Assembly (NCBI GenBank): GCA_963796055.1
Contig: CAWCKH010000004.1
Coordinates: forward strand, 64,001 to 128,000
Origin: an uncultured delta proteobacterium
GTDB lineage: Bacteria; Myxococcota; Myxococcia; Myxococcales; Myxococcaceae
Length of the DNA stretch: 64,000 nucleotides
Direction of reading: 5' to 3'
In this document: in pieces, positions 38,388-48,257 of the stretch
Layout of the letters: every line of letters starts with the position of its first letter
How positions within the stretch are numbered: position 1 is the stretch's first letter
Notes under the pieces: model-generated
Told to the model about the DNA's origin: nothing
Seen by the model: the letters and a program-made list of their open reading frames with translations, nothing else
The model's database searches: none
Made by a program: the position numbers and the translations under genes

Positions 38388-39401
38388 CCGGGCGGCCCTG
38401 AGCTGCTCGAAGACCCGCTCGGCCTCGAGAACCGAGCGCATGGCCAGCCCGCACGCCGGCGTGGCCACGAAGTGACGCAGCGCCTCGGGCCGGTCCGGCA
38501 GCGCAGCGGCGAACGAGGTCTCCACCGCCCGGGCCAATTCCTGAGGATCCGCCTCCTGGCCGAGATCCGTCGGGACCAGCCCCAACGAGAAGGCCCCGCC
38601 CTGGTCCAGGAAGCGCCGCACCGCCCGCGGCTCGTCCAGCACCGCATCCAGCGACAGCCGGACATCGAAGGACAAGAGATCCACGCCCAGGTCGAGCAGC
38701 GCTCCCCAGCGGGTGTTGCCGCAGCAGTGCACCCCCACCAGCGCCCCTTGCTGGCGGAGCGCGGAGACCAGCAGGCGCAGCTCCGAGAGCACCGCCAGAT
38801 GCTCGGGGTCGGTGGTGTCCAGCGCGTAGAGCCCCGGCTCGTCCAGGTAGAACAGCACCGTCGCCCCCGCCGCCCGGAGCGCCTGCACCAGCGCCAGCGA
38901 GCGCACCAGCACCAGCCGGAACACCTGCGCATCGAGCCCGGGGTGGTCCGAGAGCGGCGCGCCGCCGGAGAGCCGCGAGCTCCAGCGTACCGTCGCCGGT
39001 CCGGCGATCTGGGCCTTGGCGAAGGCGAGCTTCCGCTCCCGGACCTCCCAGAGGAACGGCCGGAGCGCGCGCGCCGCGGTGACGCCGGGGAGGAAGGCCG
39101 AGGCGTCGCCGGTCCGGAGCGCCGTGTCGATGCGCGCGTCCAGCTCCCCGCGCCCTGCCTCCCACGCCCCGAGGTTCACGGTGCACACCCCGTCGTCGGT
39201 GGCCTGCAGCCCGGGGAGCCCCTCCAGGGCGGCCGGCACCATCAGCTCCGAGGGGTTGTCGGCCGGAAGCTGGGGCAGGTAGGGCACGTCCACCGCCAGC
39301 GCCATCTGCAGCGCCAGCTCCATCTGGGTGTGCGGCAGGCTGCCGATCCCGGTGATGGCACCGCGGGGAAGCAGCGCGAGGGCAGCCCGGACGTCGGCCA
39401 T
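38370..39401 (-). CDS. Core (single-barrel) MetE-like methionine synthase family protein
   Basis: TGIGSLPH, YLPQLP, KAQIAGP, YLDEP, GVHCCG, LSFD, LGLVPT, TPACGL (His/Cys/Cys Zn ligands present). Confidence 0.78.
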   Translation of the reverse strand: MADVRAALALLPRGAITGIGSLPHTQMELALQMALAVDVPYLPQLPADNPSELMVPAALEGLPGLQATDDGVCTVNLGAWEAGRGELDARIDTALRTGDASAFLPGVTAARALRPFLWEVRERKLAFAKAQIAGPATVRWSSRLSGGAPLSDHPGLDAQVFRLVLVRSLALVQALRAAGATVLFYLDEPGLYALDTTDPEHLAVLSELRLLVSALRQQGALVGVHCCGNTRWGALLDLGVDLLSFDVRLSLDAVLDEPRAVRRFLDQGGAFSLGLVPTDLGQEADPQELARAVETSFAAALPDRPEALRHFVATPACGLAMRSVLEAERVFEQLRAARSALLR

Positions 39402-39442
39402 TCAATGCTCCGACCAGGGTGTGGTGAGCATGGCGGGGAGCA

Positions 39443-42400
39443 TTAGGTCACCGAGAAGTAGAAGGCGTCGGGGTGGTGGAAGACCAGCGCCGACACCGAG
39501 GCCTCGGGCTCCATCATGCAACCCTCGGTCAGGGTGACGCCGATGTCCTCCGGCCGGAGCACGCCGAAGAGCTGGTGCTGGTCCTCGAGCCGCGGGCAGG
39601 CCGGGTATCCAAACGAGTAGCGCTTCCCGGAGTACTCGGCGCGAAAGCGCTCCAGCATCGTCATCTCCGGTCCGTCCGGCGTGCCCCACATGCTCCGGAT
39701 GCGGGAGTGGAGCAGCTCGGCGTAGGCCTCCGCGCTCTCCAGCGCCAGCGCCTGGACCCCGTGCATCTTCACGAAGTCGCCGGAGGCCTTGAAGCGCTCC
39801 GACAGCTTGCGGACACCCTTGCCCGCTGTCACCACGAAGAGGCAGAGGTTGTCGGTGGGCCGGCCGGACTCGAGCGGCTTCACGAAATCGGCCAGGCAGA
39901 TGCCGCCTGGCCGGGCCTGGCGCTGGAACTCGAAGGACGTCACCTCGGCACCGGTGTCGCCGTCGAAGAGGACCAGGCGGTTCCCCTCCGAGCCCGCCCG
40001 GTAGAACCGGAACACCGCCCGGGCCTCCAAGGTCCCCTTCAGCTCGTCCTTGAGCCCGTCCAGCGCCGCCTTGAGCGCCAGCGCCTTCCGCCCGTCCTCG
40101 GTGTCGGCCAGCTTCGCCTCCGCCGGGGTGCCCAGGGCGCGTGCCGCCGAGCCCTTCACCCCGAAGTGGCGGCCGTAGAGCATCACCGGGTTGACGAAGC
40201 GCCAGATCTGCTCCAGCGGGGTATTGGAGATCACGTGCCGTTCCCAGTCCGGCGGGGTGGGGACGGACTCGAGGATGCGCACCTCGCGCGAGCGGGTGGC
40301 CGGAGCGCTCGGCGTGGGCGCCGGGCGGTTGGCCGTCTCCGCCGCCAGCTTCTCCCGGCGGACCCGCAGCTCGTCGTTCAGCCGCTTCAGCCCACCCGGG
40401 TCCACGATCTGCTTGGCCAGCTCCAGCCCGCTCATCGCGTCCTGGGCGTAGGCCACGGTGCCGGCGTAGGCCGGGGCGATGGAGCGGTCCACGAAGTTGC
40501 GAGACAGCGCCGCGCCCCCCACCAGGACCGGAAGGTTCACCCCGGCGCGCGAGAGGTCCTCCGCCGTGGCCACCATCTGGTGCGCGCTCTTCACCAGCAG
40601 GCCGGAGAGCCCGAGAATGTCCGGATTGTGCTGGCGCACCGCCGCCACCAGCTGCTCGGGCGGAACCTTGATTCCCAGATTGACCACCTGGAAGCCGTTG
40701 TTGGCGAAGATGATCTCCACCAGGTTCTTGCCGATGTCGTGGACGTCGCCCTTCACCGTGGCCAGCACCACCTTGCCCCGGGTGGCGCTGGAGGCCTTGT
40801 CCATGTGCGGCTCGAGGTAGCTCACCGCGGCCTTCATCACTTCCGCGCTCTGCAGCACCTCGGCCACGATCAGCTCGTTCTTCCCGAAGAGCCGTCCCAC
40901 CTCGTCCATCCCGGCCATCAGCGGGCCATTGATGATCTCCAGGGGCTTCTTGCCCTTCAGCGCCAGCTCGAGATCGGGGAGGAGCCCGTCGCGGCTCCCC
41001 TCGATGACGTAGCGCTGCAGCCGCTCCTCCAGCGGCAGCGTGTTCGTCGCCCGTGCGGGTGGCTTGCGCTCGCGGAAGTGCGCGGCGAAGGGGGTGATGG
41101 GGTCCGGGCCGCGGTTGAACAGGAGATCCTCGGACAGCCGCCGCTCCTCCTCGGGCAAGGAGGGGTAGCGCTCCAGCTTCTCCGAGTTGACCAGCGCCAT
41201 GTCCAGGCCGGCCTGGGTGCAGTGGTAGAGGAACACCGAGTTCAGCACCTCGCGTCCGGCGGTCGGCAGGCCGAAGGACACGTTGGAGATGCCGAGCACG
41301 GTCTTGCTCCGCGGGAAGCGCTGCTTGATGGCCCGGACGCCCTCGATGGTCTCCACCGCGCTGCCCACGTACTGCTGGTCGCCGGAGGCGCAGGGGAACA
41401 CCAGGGGGTCGAAGTACAGGTCCTCCTCGTGCAGGCCGTACTTCCCGGTCAGCAGGGCGTGGCTGCGCTCCGCCACCTCCAGCTTCCGCCCCCGGCTCAC
41501 CGCCATGCCGGTCTCGTCGATGCAACCCACGATGACCGCCGCGCCATAACGGCGGGCGAGTGGGACCACCTTGTGGAATCGCTCCTCGCCGTCCTCGAGG
41601 TTGATGGAGTTGATGATCGCCTTGCCCTGGCAGTAGGTGAGCGCGCGCTCCACCACCTTCTCGTCGGTGGAGTCGATCATCAAGGGCACGCGAACCTTCC
41701 GGATCACCGCGGCCAGGAAGCGCTCCATGTCCTGGAGCTCGTCCCGGTCAGGGTTGGCGAGGCAGAGGTCGAGCACCTGGGCGCCGCGCTTCACCTGGGC
41801 GCGGGCGATCTCCGAGGCGTCCTCCCACTGCTCGGCGACGATCAGGTCCTTGAACTTGCGGCTGCCGATGACGTTGGTGCGCTCGCCGACGATGACCGGG
41901 CGCACGTCCTCGCCCACCTCGAGGTAGTCCACCCCCGAGAGCCGGGAGGCACGCCGCGGCTGGGCACGGCGAGGTGGCAGGCCCCGGACCGCCTCGGCGA
42001 TGGCCCGGACGTGCTCGGGGGTGGTCCCGCAGCAGCCGCCGACGACGTTCAGCCAGCCCTCCTCGGCGAAGCGGCGCAGGGTCCGGGCGAGCATCGCCGG
42101 TGTCTCGAGATAGCGGCCGTTCTCGTCGGGGAGGCCGGCGTTCGGCACGCAGCCCACGGCGAACCCGGTCAGCTGGGCCAGCGACCGGATGTGGTCGGTC
42201 ATGAACTCGGGGCCGGTGGCGCAGTTGAGCCCGAGGTACAGCAGATCGACGTGCTCCACCGAGGTGGCCAGCGCCTCCACTGACTGGCCGGCGAGCATCG
42301 TGCCCATCGGCTCGATGGTCCCGGAGACGGCGATGGGGATGCGCCGCCCGACCTTGGCCAAGGCCCGCTCGCAGCCGAGCAGCGCCGCCTTGACGTTGCG

Positions 42401-42922
42401 GGTGTCCTGGGCGGTCTCGATGAGCAGGAAGTCCGCCCCGCCGACCACCAGGCCCTCGGCCTGCACCGCGAAGGTGTCGGTCAGAGCGTCGAAGCCGATG
42501 CCGCCGGTGACGCTGATCGCCTTGGTGGTCGGGCCGATGGAGCCGGCCACCCAGCGCGGTCGACCGTCCGCGGCCTCGGCGGCGTCCGACGCTTCACGGG
42601 CGAGCTCGGCTGCCCGGGCGTTGATCCGGAGCGCCTGGTCTTGCAGCCCGTACTCAGCAAGCACCAGCGGCGTGCCGCCGAACGTGTCGGTCTCGGTCAC
42701 GTCGGCGCCGGCCTCGAAGTAGGCCCGGTGGATGTCGCGGATCAGCTCCGGGCGGGTGAGGACGAGGTTCTCGTTGCACCCCTCGAGCTCGGGGCCACCG
42801 AAGTCCGCCGCCTTGAGGTTCTTCGACTGGATGAGCGTTCCCATCGCCCCGTCCAGGACCAGGATGCGCTGCTGGAGCGCCTCCCGTAGCCGCTGGATGC
42901 GCTGGTCGGTGGACGCGCTCAT
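39443..42922 (-). CDS. metH: Cobalamin-dependent methionine synthase
   Basis: [41 protein letters not shown] (B12 motif), [10 protein letters not shown]. Confidence 0.97.
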   Translation of the reverse strand: MSASTDQRIQRLREALQQRILVLDGAMGTLIQSKNLKAADFGGPELEGCNENLVLTRPELIRDIHRAYFEAGADVTETDTFGGTPLVLAEYGLQDQALRINARAAELAREASDAAEAADGRPRWVAGSIGPTTKAISVTGGIGFDALTDTFAVQAEGLVVGGADFLLIETAQDTRNVKAALLGCERALAKVGRRIPIAVSGTIEPMGTMLAGQSVEALATSVEHVDLLYLGLNCATGPEFMTDHIRSLAQLTGFAVGCVPNAGLPDENGRYLETPAMLARTLRRFAEEGWLNVVGGCCGTTPEHVRAIAEAVRGLPPRRAQPRRASRLSGVDYLEVGEDVRPVIVGERTNVIGSRKFKDLIVAEQWEDASEIARAQVKRGAQVLDLCLANPDRDELQDMERFLAAVIRKVRVPLMIDSTDEKVVERALTYCQGKAIINSINLEDGEERFHKVVPLARRYGAAVIVGCIDETGMAVSRGRKLEVAERSHALLTGKYGLHEEDLYFDPLVFPCASGDQQYVGSAVETIEGVRAIKQRFPRSKTVLGISNVSFGLPTAGREVLNSVFLYHCTQAGLDMALVNSEKLERYPSLPEEERRLSEDLLFNRGPDPITPFAAHFRERKPPARATNTLPLEERLQRYVIEGSRDGLLPDLELALKGKKPLEIINGPLMAGMDEVGRLFGKNELIVAEVLQSAEVMKAAVSYLEPHMDKASSATRGKVVLATVKGDVHDIGKNLVEIIFANNGFQVVNLGIKVPPEQLVAAVRQHNPDILGLSGLLVKSAHQMVATAEDLSRAGVNLPVLVGGAALSRNFVDRSIAPAYAGTVAYAQDAMSGLELAKQIVDPGGLKRLNDELRVRREKLAAETANRPAPTPSAPATRSREVRILESVPTPPDWERHVISNTPLEQIWRFVNPVMLYGRHFGVKGSAARALGTPAEAKLADTEDGRKALALKAALDGLKDELKGTLEARAVFRFYRAGSEGNRLVLFDGDTGAEVTSFEFQRQARPGGICLADFVKPLESGRPTDNLCLFVVTAGKGVRKLSERFKASGDFVKMHGVQALALESAEAYAELLHSRIRSMWGTPDGPEMTMLERFRAEYSGKRYSFGYPACPRLEDQHQLFGVLRPEDIGVTLTEGCMMEPEASVSALVFHHPDAFYFSVT

Positions 42923-43812
42923 CGCCGCTCTCCGGATATCAGAAAGACCCGGAAGGGCGAGCTCGCCTGCCGTGGATGCACCTCGCGGGTGAGCGACTCG
43001 AAGCCGGCGGCCAGCAGGGTGGACTCGAGCTCCCCGGGGTCGAAGCCCAGGTGCCGGTGGCCGAGACGGTCACGGACCCAGTTCTCGTCGTGCCGCATCA
43101 GCTCCAGGACCACCAGCTTGCCTCCGGGGGCGAGGATGCGTGCCGCCTCGCCCAGCACCGCCGCGGGCTCCTCCACGTGGTGGAGGCTCTGCGAGAGCAC
43201 GACCAGGCCGGTCCTGCCCGAGGGCAGGGACAGGTGGTGCAGGTCCTCGCGGAGGAAGGTCACGTTGCGGAGCCCCTCGCGCTTCGCCCGGGCCCGTGCC
43301 TGGGCGAGCGCCGCCCGGCTCTGGTCGATGGCCACCACCGAGCGCGCCCAGCGGGCGATGGACACGCTGAGCACTCCGGTGCCGCAGCCGAAGTCGGCCA
43401 CGTCCAGCGGCGGGAGCAGCGAGGCCAGCGCCCCCGCCCACAGGAACCAGGACTGGCCGGGCTCGAGGAGGCGCTCGTTGAGCAGCTGGCGGTCCTCGCG
43501 CTGGCGGAGCAGGTCCTTGAGGCGGGCCAGGTCCCCGGTGCCGTCCTCGGCCTCGCAGGCCATCTTGATCAGCGGCGCCTGAACGTCGCCGGCGTCCACC
43601 GCCAGCGAGTAGTAGGTGAAGCCCGCAGCGCGCTCCTCGCGCACCAGCCCCAGCTGGCGGAGCTTGCCCAGGTGGTGGCTCATCGAGGACTGAGCGACGC
43701 CGACCACCGAGACCAGCTCGGAGACGTTGAGTGGCGCGGCGGCGACCAGGCGGAGGATGCGCAGGCGGGTCGGGTCGCCGAGGGCGCGGAAGGACTGGGA
43801 GAGCGCCTCCAT
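42919..43812 (-). CDS. ArsR-HTH plus SAM-methyltransferase-domain regulator (SahR/SamR-like)
   Basis: FRALGDPTRLRIL...SHHLGKL; VADFGCGTG; SLHH; HRHLGF; stop overlaps the metH start (ATGA). Confidence 0.88.
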   Translation of the reverse strand: MEALSQSFRALGDPTRLRILRLVAAAPLNVSELVSVVGVAQSSMSHHLGKLRQLGLVREERAAGFTYYSLAVDAGDVQAPLIKMACEAEDGTGDLARLKDLLRQREDRQLLNERLLEPGQSWFLWAGALASLLPPLDVADFGCGTGVLSVSIARWARSVVAIDQSRAALAQARARAKREGLRNVTFLREDLHHLSLPSGRTGLVVLSQSLHHVEEPAAVLGEAARILAPGGKLVVLELMRHDENWVRDRLGHRHLGFDPGELESTLLAAGFESLTREVHPRQASSPFRVFLISGERR

Positions 43813-43852
43813 ATCAATGGGTGTTCATATGTCGATGGGAGGGTTCCGGCAA
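43811..43852 (-). promoter_or_regulatory. SahR-type palindromic operator overlapping a sigma70-like -10 element and the start codon
   Basis: ATATCAA-TGGGTG-TTCATAT (43811-43830, one mismatch from a perfect palindrome); minus-strand TTGCCG-N17-TATGAA (43852-43824). Confidence 0.72.
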
Positions 43853-43979
43853 GCTGGGGTGTCGGGAAACGGCCCATCGCGGTGACCAGGGCGCCTGGCC
43901 AGGACGGAAGCCGGGACCTGGCACGACGCGGGCGGGGGGCCGCGGGGCCGCCATGTGTCGGCGCCCCGACCCAGCTCCC

Positions 43980-44026
43980 CGACCGGTTTGGTATGTGGAA
44001 GCGCCCTGGGCATACCGAATCGGTCG
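43980..44026. repeat. 16-bp inverted repeat with a 15-nt spacer
   Basis: CGACCGGTTTGGTATG-N15-CATACCGAATCGGTCG; both mismatches are G-U pairs in plus-strand RNA. Confidence 0.75.
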
Positions 44027-44081
44027 CCCGGCCGGGGCGGCTTGCCGCGCACCCGCGAGTCAAGCAGAAACGGGCCCACGG

Positions 44082-44100
44082 GCAGCAGCGCTTCTGCTGC
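44082..44100. terminator. Hairpin just downstream of the CBS gene, possible terminator
   Basis: GCAGCAG-CGCTT-CTGCTGC; no clear U-tract. Confidence 0.4.
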
Positions 44101-44119
44101 GCCGGAACGCCCGTCCACG

Positions 44120-45289
44120 TCAGCTGAAGAGACTCCAGAACGAGCGCCGCGAGGAGATGCGCTCAAAGGCGTCTTGCAGGTCCTCGTCGTAGTCGGCGCG
44201 GTTGGCGATGTCGGCCATGCTGATGATGCCCAGGAGCCGATCGTTCCGGTCCACCACCGGCACCCGGCGGATCTGCCGGCGACCCATGAGGTCCAGCACC
44301 GAGGTCAGCGGCTCGTCCTCGGTCACCGCCGACACGTCGTCGGTCATCACGCCCTCGATCAGCCGGTCCCCGCCCAGCTCCACCAGTCCACGGACCACGA
44401 TGTCGCGATCGGTGAGGATGCCCTGCAGCCGCCCCGAGGCGTCCACCACCGGCACCACGCCGCAGTTCTCGTCGCGCATGATGATCGCCGCCTCCCGGAT
44501 GGGGCTCTCGCGGTCGACGGTCCTCGGGTTACGGGTCATCACGTCGCGCGCGGCCAACGGCTCGCGCTGCCAGAATCGGCGGCCCTGGCCCTCGTCGCGG
44601 TCGCGCGCCATCTCGCCCCAGTCCGCCAGGCGCTCCTCCTCGCGCACGAAGCCGAACGACGCGCCCGAGCCCGCGTACCCGGTGGACATGCCCGTCGCCC
44701 CGCTCTGGGCGCTCTGCTCGCCCCAGCGCTCCGCGCCCCGGTTCCAGTCCTCCCGGCCCTGCTCGGAGATCCGGGGAAGCCCCCCGCCCTGGCCCTGGCT
44801 GGGGCCCCGCGCGCGCTGACCCAGCGGCTGACTGCCGCGGTCCTGGGAGGACTCGTCGCTGCCCGGGTCCTGACCGTATGGCCGGCCCGTCGTGCCCTGC
44901 CCGTAGTCGACCCTCCCAGTCCCCTGTCGGCTGCTCTGGAGTCGCTCGTAGCTTCCCGCGATGTCGCCGGACGGACCCGCGCGGTAGCTCCGGTTCCGAT
45001 TGTCGCGCGCGCGACCCAGGTCTCTCCACTCGCCCCGGTCGCGGTCGCGGTCCCGGCGCGGGTCGTCATCGTCGTGGCCGGCGATGCGCTCCATCGCCCG
45101 CCGGAAGAAGCGGCCAATCTTCTCGCCCGGGGACTCGTCTTGCCGGGCGCGGACGTCGCGCTCCGCGGTGGTCTCGCCTGGGGCCGCGCCTCCTCCGTTC
45201 CCCCGCGGGTCGGTGAGGCCGTTCGGTGAGGTGTAAGGGCTGTTCAGGACGCCTTCGGGGAGCCGGCTGCTGGGATCTTTGGTCGCCAT
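44120..45289 (-). CDS. CBS-pair protein with a long R/G/Q/D-rich disordered N-terminus
   Basis: ARDVMTRNP...CGVVPVVD...GILTDRDIVVR...VMTDD...IRRVPVVD...GIISMADIA. Confidence 0.85.
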   Translation of the reverse strand: MATKDPSSRLPEGVLNSPYTSPNGLTDPRGNGGGAAPGETTAERDVRARQDESPGEKIGRFFRRAMERIAGHDDDDPRRDRDRDRGEWRDLGRARDNRNRSYRAGPSGDIAGSYERLQSSRQGTGRVDYGQGTTGRPYGQDPGSDESSQDRGSQPLGQRARGPSQGQGGGLPRISEQGREDWNRGAERWGEQSAQSGATGMSTGYAGSGASFGFVREEERLADWGEMARDRDEGQGRRFWQREPLAARDVMTRNPRTVDRESPIREAAIIMRDENCGVVPVVDASGRLQGILTDRDIVVRGLVELGGDRLIEGVMTDDVSAVTEDEPLTSVLDLMGRRQIRRVPVVDRNDRLLGIISMADIANRADYDEDLQDAFERISSRRSFWSLFS

Positions 45290-45433
45290 GCCCTCAGGAT
45301 CGGCACCGCTCACCGCACCGGCCATGATCGGCCGGACAGGGCTCGCGCTCGTCCTACCCCCAGACGGCCGAGCGAGCTTCGGGCCCCGCACACCGGGGAC
45401 GCCTGCGAAGCGGCGCACAGGCGCCGCGCGGGC

Positions 45434-45874
45434 TCACCCGCGCGCGTAGCGCCGGTGGTCCACCATCAGGCAGCGGTCCTGCACCACGTCGATGCCCGCT
45501 GCCGCCAGGCGTTCGGCCACCGCGTCGTTCCGGATCCCCGCCTGGAGCCAGACCGCCTTCGGCTTCTTGGCCAGGATGTCGTCGAGGTGGCCCTCGAGGT
45601 CCTTGGGGCGCCGGAACACGTCCACCAGGTCGAGCTCTCCGGGGATGTCCACCAGCCTCCGGTAGACCGGCTTGCCGAGGATCTCCTTCACCTCCGGGTA
45701 GTACACCGGCACCGGCACCACCTCGATGCCGACCGAGTTCAGGTACTCGGGCACGTAGAACGCCGGCTGGTCCGACTGCGCATCGGTCTTGATGCCCAGC
45801 ACCGCCACGCGGAGGATGCGCCTGACGAGATCCCGGACGGCTTCCTCGGTTTCCAGAAGATGGGGCGATGCCAT
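45434..45874 (-). CDS. CoA-binding (YccU-like) protein
   Basis: VAVLG, LDLVDVFRR, KAVWLQAGI, VVQDRCLMVDH. Confidence 0.9.
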   Translation of the reverse strand: MASPHLLETEEAVRDLVRRILRVAVLGIKTDAQSDQPAFYVPEYLNSVGIEVVPVPVYYPEVKEILGKPVYRRLVDIPGELDLVDVFRRPKDLEGHLDDILAKKPKAVWLQAGIRNDAVAERLAAAGIDVVQDRCLMVDHRRYARG

Positions 45875-45956
45875 GGCCGGGACACTACATCGCCCCGCGT
45901 CAAGGATGGCGGGTGTCGGGAAGGGGCCCCGGTTGACCGCCGGGGGGCGGGCGGGC

Positions 45957-46214
45957 ATGAACCAGGGCGTGGACGACTTCTTCCCCGCCGCGGAGGCACT
46001 GCTGGAGCAGATGATCTCGCAGCAGCGGGTCAAGGTGCTCCGGCTGGCCCGTGAAGCCGTGCCCAACATCGGGCCGGAGGACGTGCTCAACCCCCACGAC
46101 TTCCCGGAGCTGAAGGCCCACCCCACCTTCGAGTTCGAGGACGGACTCCTCAGCGGCCTGGTCGCCGCCCAGATCGCGCTCCGCGCCGAGCACCGGAAGC
46201 GAACGGCTCCCTGA
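45957..46214 (+). CDS. Conserved-looking hypothetical protein (85 aa)
   Basis: LEQMISQQRVKVL...LNPHDFPELKAHPTFEFEDG; stop overlaps the next start. Confidence 0.75.
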   Translation: MNQGVDDFFPAAEALLEQMISQQRVKVLRLAREAVPNIGPEDVLNPHDFPELKAHPTFEFEDGLLSGLVAAQIALRAEHRKRTAP

Positions 46215-47056
46215 TGCGAAGCCTGACCCTCCACAGCAGCCGGGCGCGCGCGCTCCTCTCCGAGGGGCTGGCCTCGGAGCCTCCCCGGCTCGACCTCGCG
46301 GCCTGCGCCGTCGCCGCGCTCGAGGACGAGGCGCTGGACCTGGGGCGGGTGCTCCACACGCTCGATGCGCTGGGGGCGCGGGTGCAGGCGCTGGAGCCGG
46401 CACGGCTGGACGCGCTCGGCCGGGCCCAGGCGCTGCGGCGCGTGCTGGCCGACGAGGAGGGATTCTGGGGGGACACCGACACCTACGACGCCCCCGAGAA
46501 CAGCTTCCTGGACCGGGTGCTCGCCCGGAAGAAGGGGCTCCCCATCACCCTCGCCGTCGTCTACCTCGAGGTGGCCAGGCGGGCCGGCGTGCCGCTCTTC
46601 GGCGTCTCCTTCCCCGGCCACTTCCTCGTCGCCTGCCCCTCCGAGGAGGGCAAGCTGGTGCTCGACCCGTTCCAGGGCGGGAAGATCCTCACCGAGGCCG
46701 GCTGTCAGGATCTGCTGGCGAAGGTCGCGCCCCAGGTCCGGTTCCAGCCGCGGCTGCTCGCCCCCGCGCCGGCGAAGGTCATCGTCTGGCGCATGCTCAA
46801 CAACGTGAAGCGCTCCTGGCTCGAGCGGACGCAGGGAGAACGCGCCGCGCGCGCGGTGGACCTCTTGCTCCAGCTCCACCCCGACCATCCCGGCGAGCTG
46901 CGCGCCCGGGCCACCATCCTCTCCGCCCTCGGCGCCTACCGCGCGGCGCTGGCCGACGTGGAGCGGTGCCTCGAGCTGTCTCCCGACGCGCCGGACCAGG
47001 CGCAGCTCGAGCTCACCGCGCAGGCGCTTCGCCACCGGCTGGAGTTCCTGAATTGA
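46214..47056 (+). CDS. SirB1-family (transglutaminase-like plus TPR) protein
   Basis: GFWGDTDTYDAPENSFLDRVLARKKGLPITL, FPGHFLV, LDPFQGG, RMLNNVK, C-terminal TPR. Confidence 0.9.
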   Translation: MRSLTLHSSRARALLSEGLASEPPRLDLAACAVAALEDEALDLGRVLHTLDALGARVQALEPARLDALGRAQALRRVLADEEGFWGDTDTYDAPENSFLDRVLARKKGLPITLAVVYLEVARRAGVPLFGVSFPGHFLVACPSEEGKLVLDPFQGGKILTEAGCQDLLAKVAPQVRFQPRLLAPAPAKVIVWRMLNNVKRSWLERTQGERAARAVDLLLQLHPDHPGELRARATILSALGAYRAALADVERCLELSPDAPDQAQLELTAQALRHRLEFLN

Positions 47057-47595
47057 GCACCGGCTGGCGGACACTCCGCCGGGGCGAGGAGCACGACTTC
47101 ACCATCCTCCGCATCCGCGAGGACGTGGTGGCCGACCCGCACGGGCACGAGCACCCGAGGGTCATCATCTCCGCCCCGGACTGGGTGCACGTGCTGGCGC
47201 TCACCACCGATGGGCAGGCGGTGATGGTCCGGCAGTTCCGCGCGGGAATCCACGCCGACACCCTGGAGTTCCCGGGCGGCATGGTGGATCCCGGAGAGAC
47301 GCCCGAGGCCGCGGCGGCGCGCGAGCTGGAGGAGGAGACAGGCTTCGTCGCTGCGCGCTGGACGGCGCTCGGCGCCTGCCAGCCCAACCCCGCCATCCAG
47401 GAGAACCGCCTGCACAGCTTCCTCGCGCTCGACTGTCGCCGGAGGACGGAGCCGAAGCTCGACTCGGGCGAGGACGTCCGGGTCGAGCTGGTGCCCGCCG
47501 CCTCGCTCCGCGCACGGGTGGCAAGCGGGGAGATCACCCATGGCCTGGTGCTCGCCTCGATGTGCCAGGCGCTGGTGCGAGGGCTGCTCCCGTGA
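47053..47595 (+). CDS. NUDIX hydrolase (ADP-ribose pyrophosphatase-like)
   Basis: VRQFR, LEFPGGMVDPGETPEAAAARELEEETG (Nudix box); TTG start overlapping the upstream stop. Confidence 0.9.
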   Translation: MSTGWRTLRRGEEHDFTILRIREDVVADPHGHEHPRVIISAPDWVHVLALTTDGQAVMVRQFRAGIHADTLEFPGGMVDPGETPEAAAARELEEETGFVAARWTALGACQPNPAIQENRLHSFLALDCRRRTEPKLDSGEDVRVELVPAASLRARVASGEITHGLVLASMCQALVRGLLP

Positions 47596-48224
47596 GCGCG
47601 GTGCTGGCGCTGGTGCTCTCGCTGGCGATGTCGCCGGAGGCGGCCCGGGCGCGGCAGGGTCCGCTGCTCTTCGGGGCCGGGCAGGCCCAGTTCCTGCTCC
47701 TTTCTCCGGACGGTCCGGGTGACACCTTGCGCCTGACCCGGGTGCGGGTCCTCCACGACGATCTGGCGCAAGGCCGCAGCTTCGACGACGCCGAGTACCA
47801 CCTCGCGGTCGACGCGCCCCCGGCGCTCCACCCGGGGCAGCACCTCACCGGAGTGCTGTGGCGCTTCGGTGCCGAGAGCCCCGACGGCCGGAAACAGGTG
47901 GACGGGGTGGTGCGCGTGGAGGTCGAGCGCGAGGACCGGATCGCTCCGACCAAGGGCCGGGGCCTCGCCTACCGCGCGATGGGCACGCAGGACCGTCTGT
48001 ACCTGGTGCACGCCGGGATTGGCTTCGTGCAGGTGATCCGCGTCCAGCCGGCGAGCGAGGTGGAGATCCCACCGGCCGGGATCCCGGTCCGGGTCGACCG
48101 TCCGTCCGACGAGCCGGCCACCCGGCTTCTTCCCGGCGAGTACGCGAAGGTCGTCTTCGGTGATGGACGGACGGGCCGGGTCACCGCAAGGAGCGAGATC
48201 TGGTTCGTCGCCGCCTCCCGCTGA
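47592..48224 (+). CDS. Hypothetical exported beta-rich protein
   Basis: GTG overlaps the NUDIX stop; hydrophobic N-terminus ending AARA. Confidence 0.65.
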   Translation: MSAVLALVLSLAMSPEAARARQGPLLFGAGQAQFLLLSPDGPGDTLRLTRVRVLHDDLAQGRSFDDAEYHLAVDAPPALHPGQHLTGVLWRFGAESPDGRKQVDGVVRVEVEREDRIAPTKGRGLAYRAMGTQDRLYLVHAGIGFVQVIRVQPASEVEIPPAGIPVRVDRPSDEPATRLLPGEYAKVVFGDGRTGRVTARSEIWFVAASR

Positions 48225-48257
48225 CCCGGGCCAGCTCGGCCGGGCTATGGTCGCGCC

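Noticed and set aside
43853..44119. SAM, SAH or cobalamin riboswitch upstream of the metH operon
   Set aside because: No consensus core recognised by eye, and the likely promoter sits right at the start codon, leaving no leader. An Rfam search was not run.
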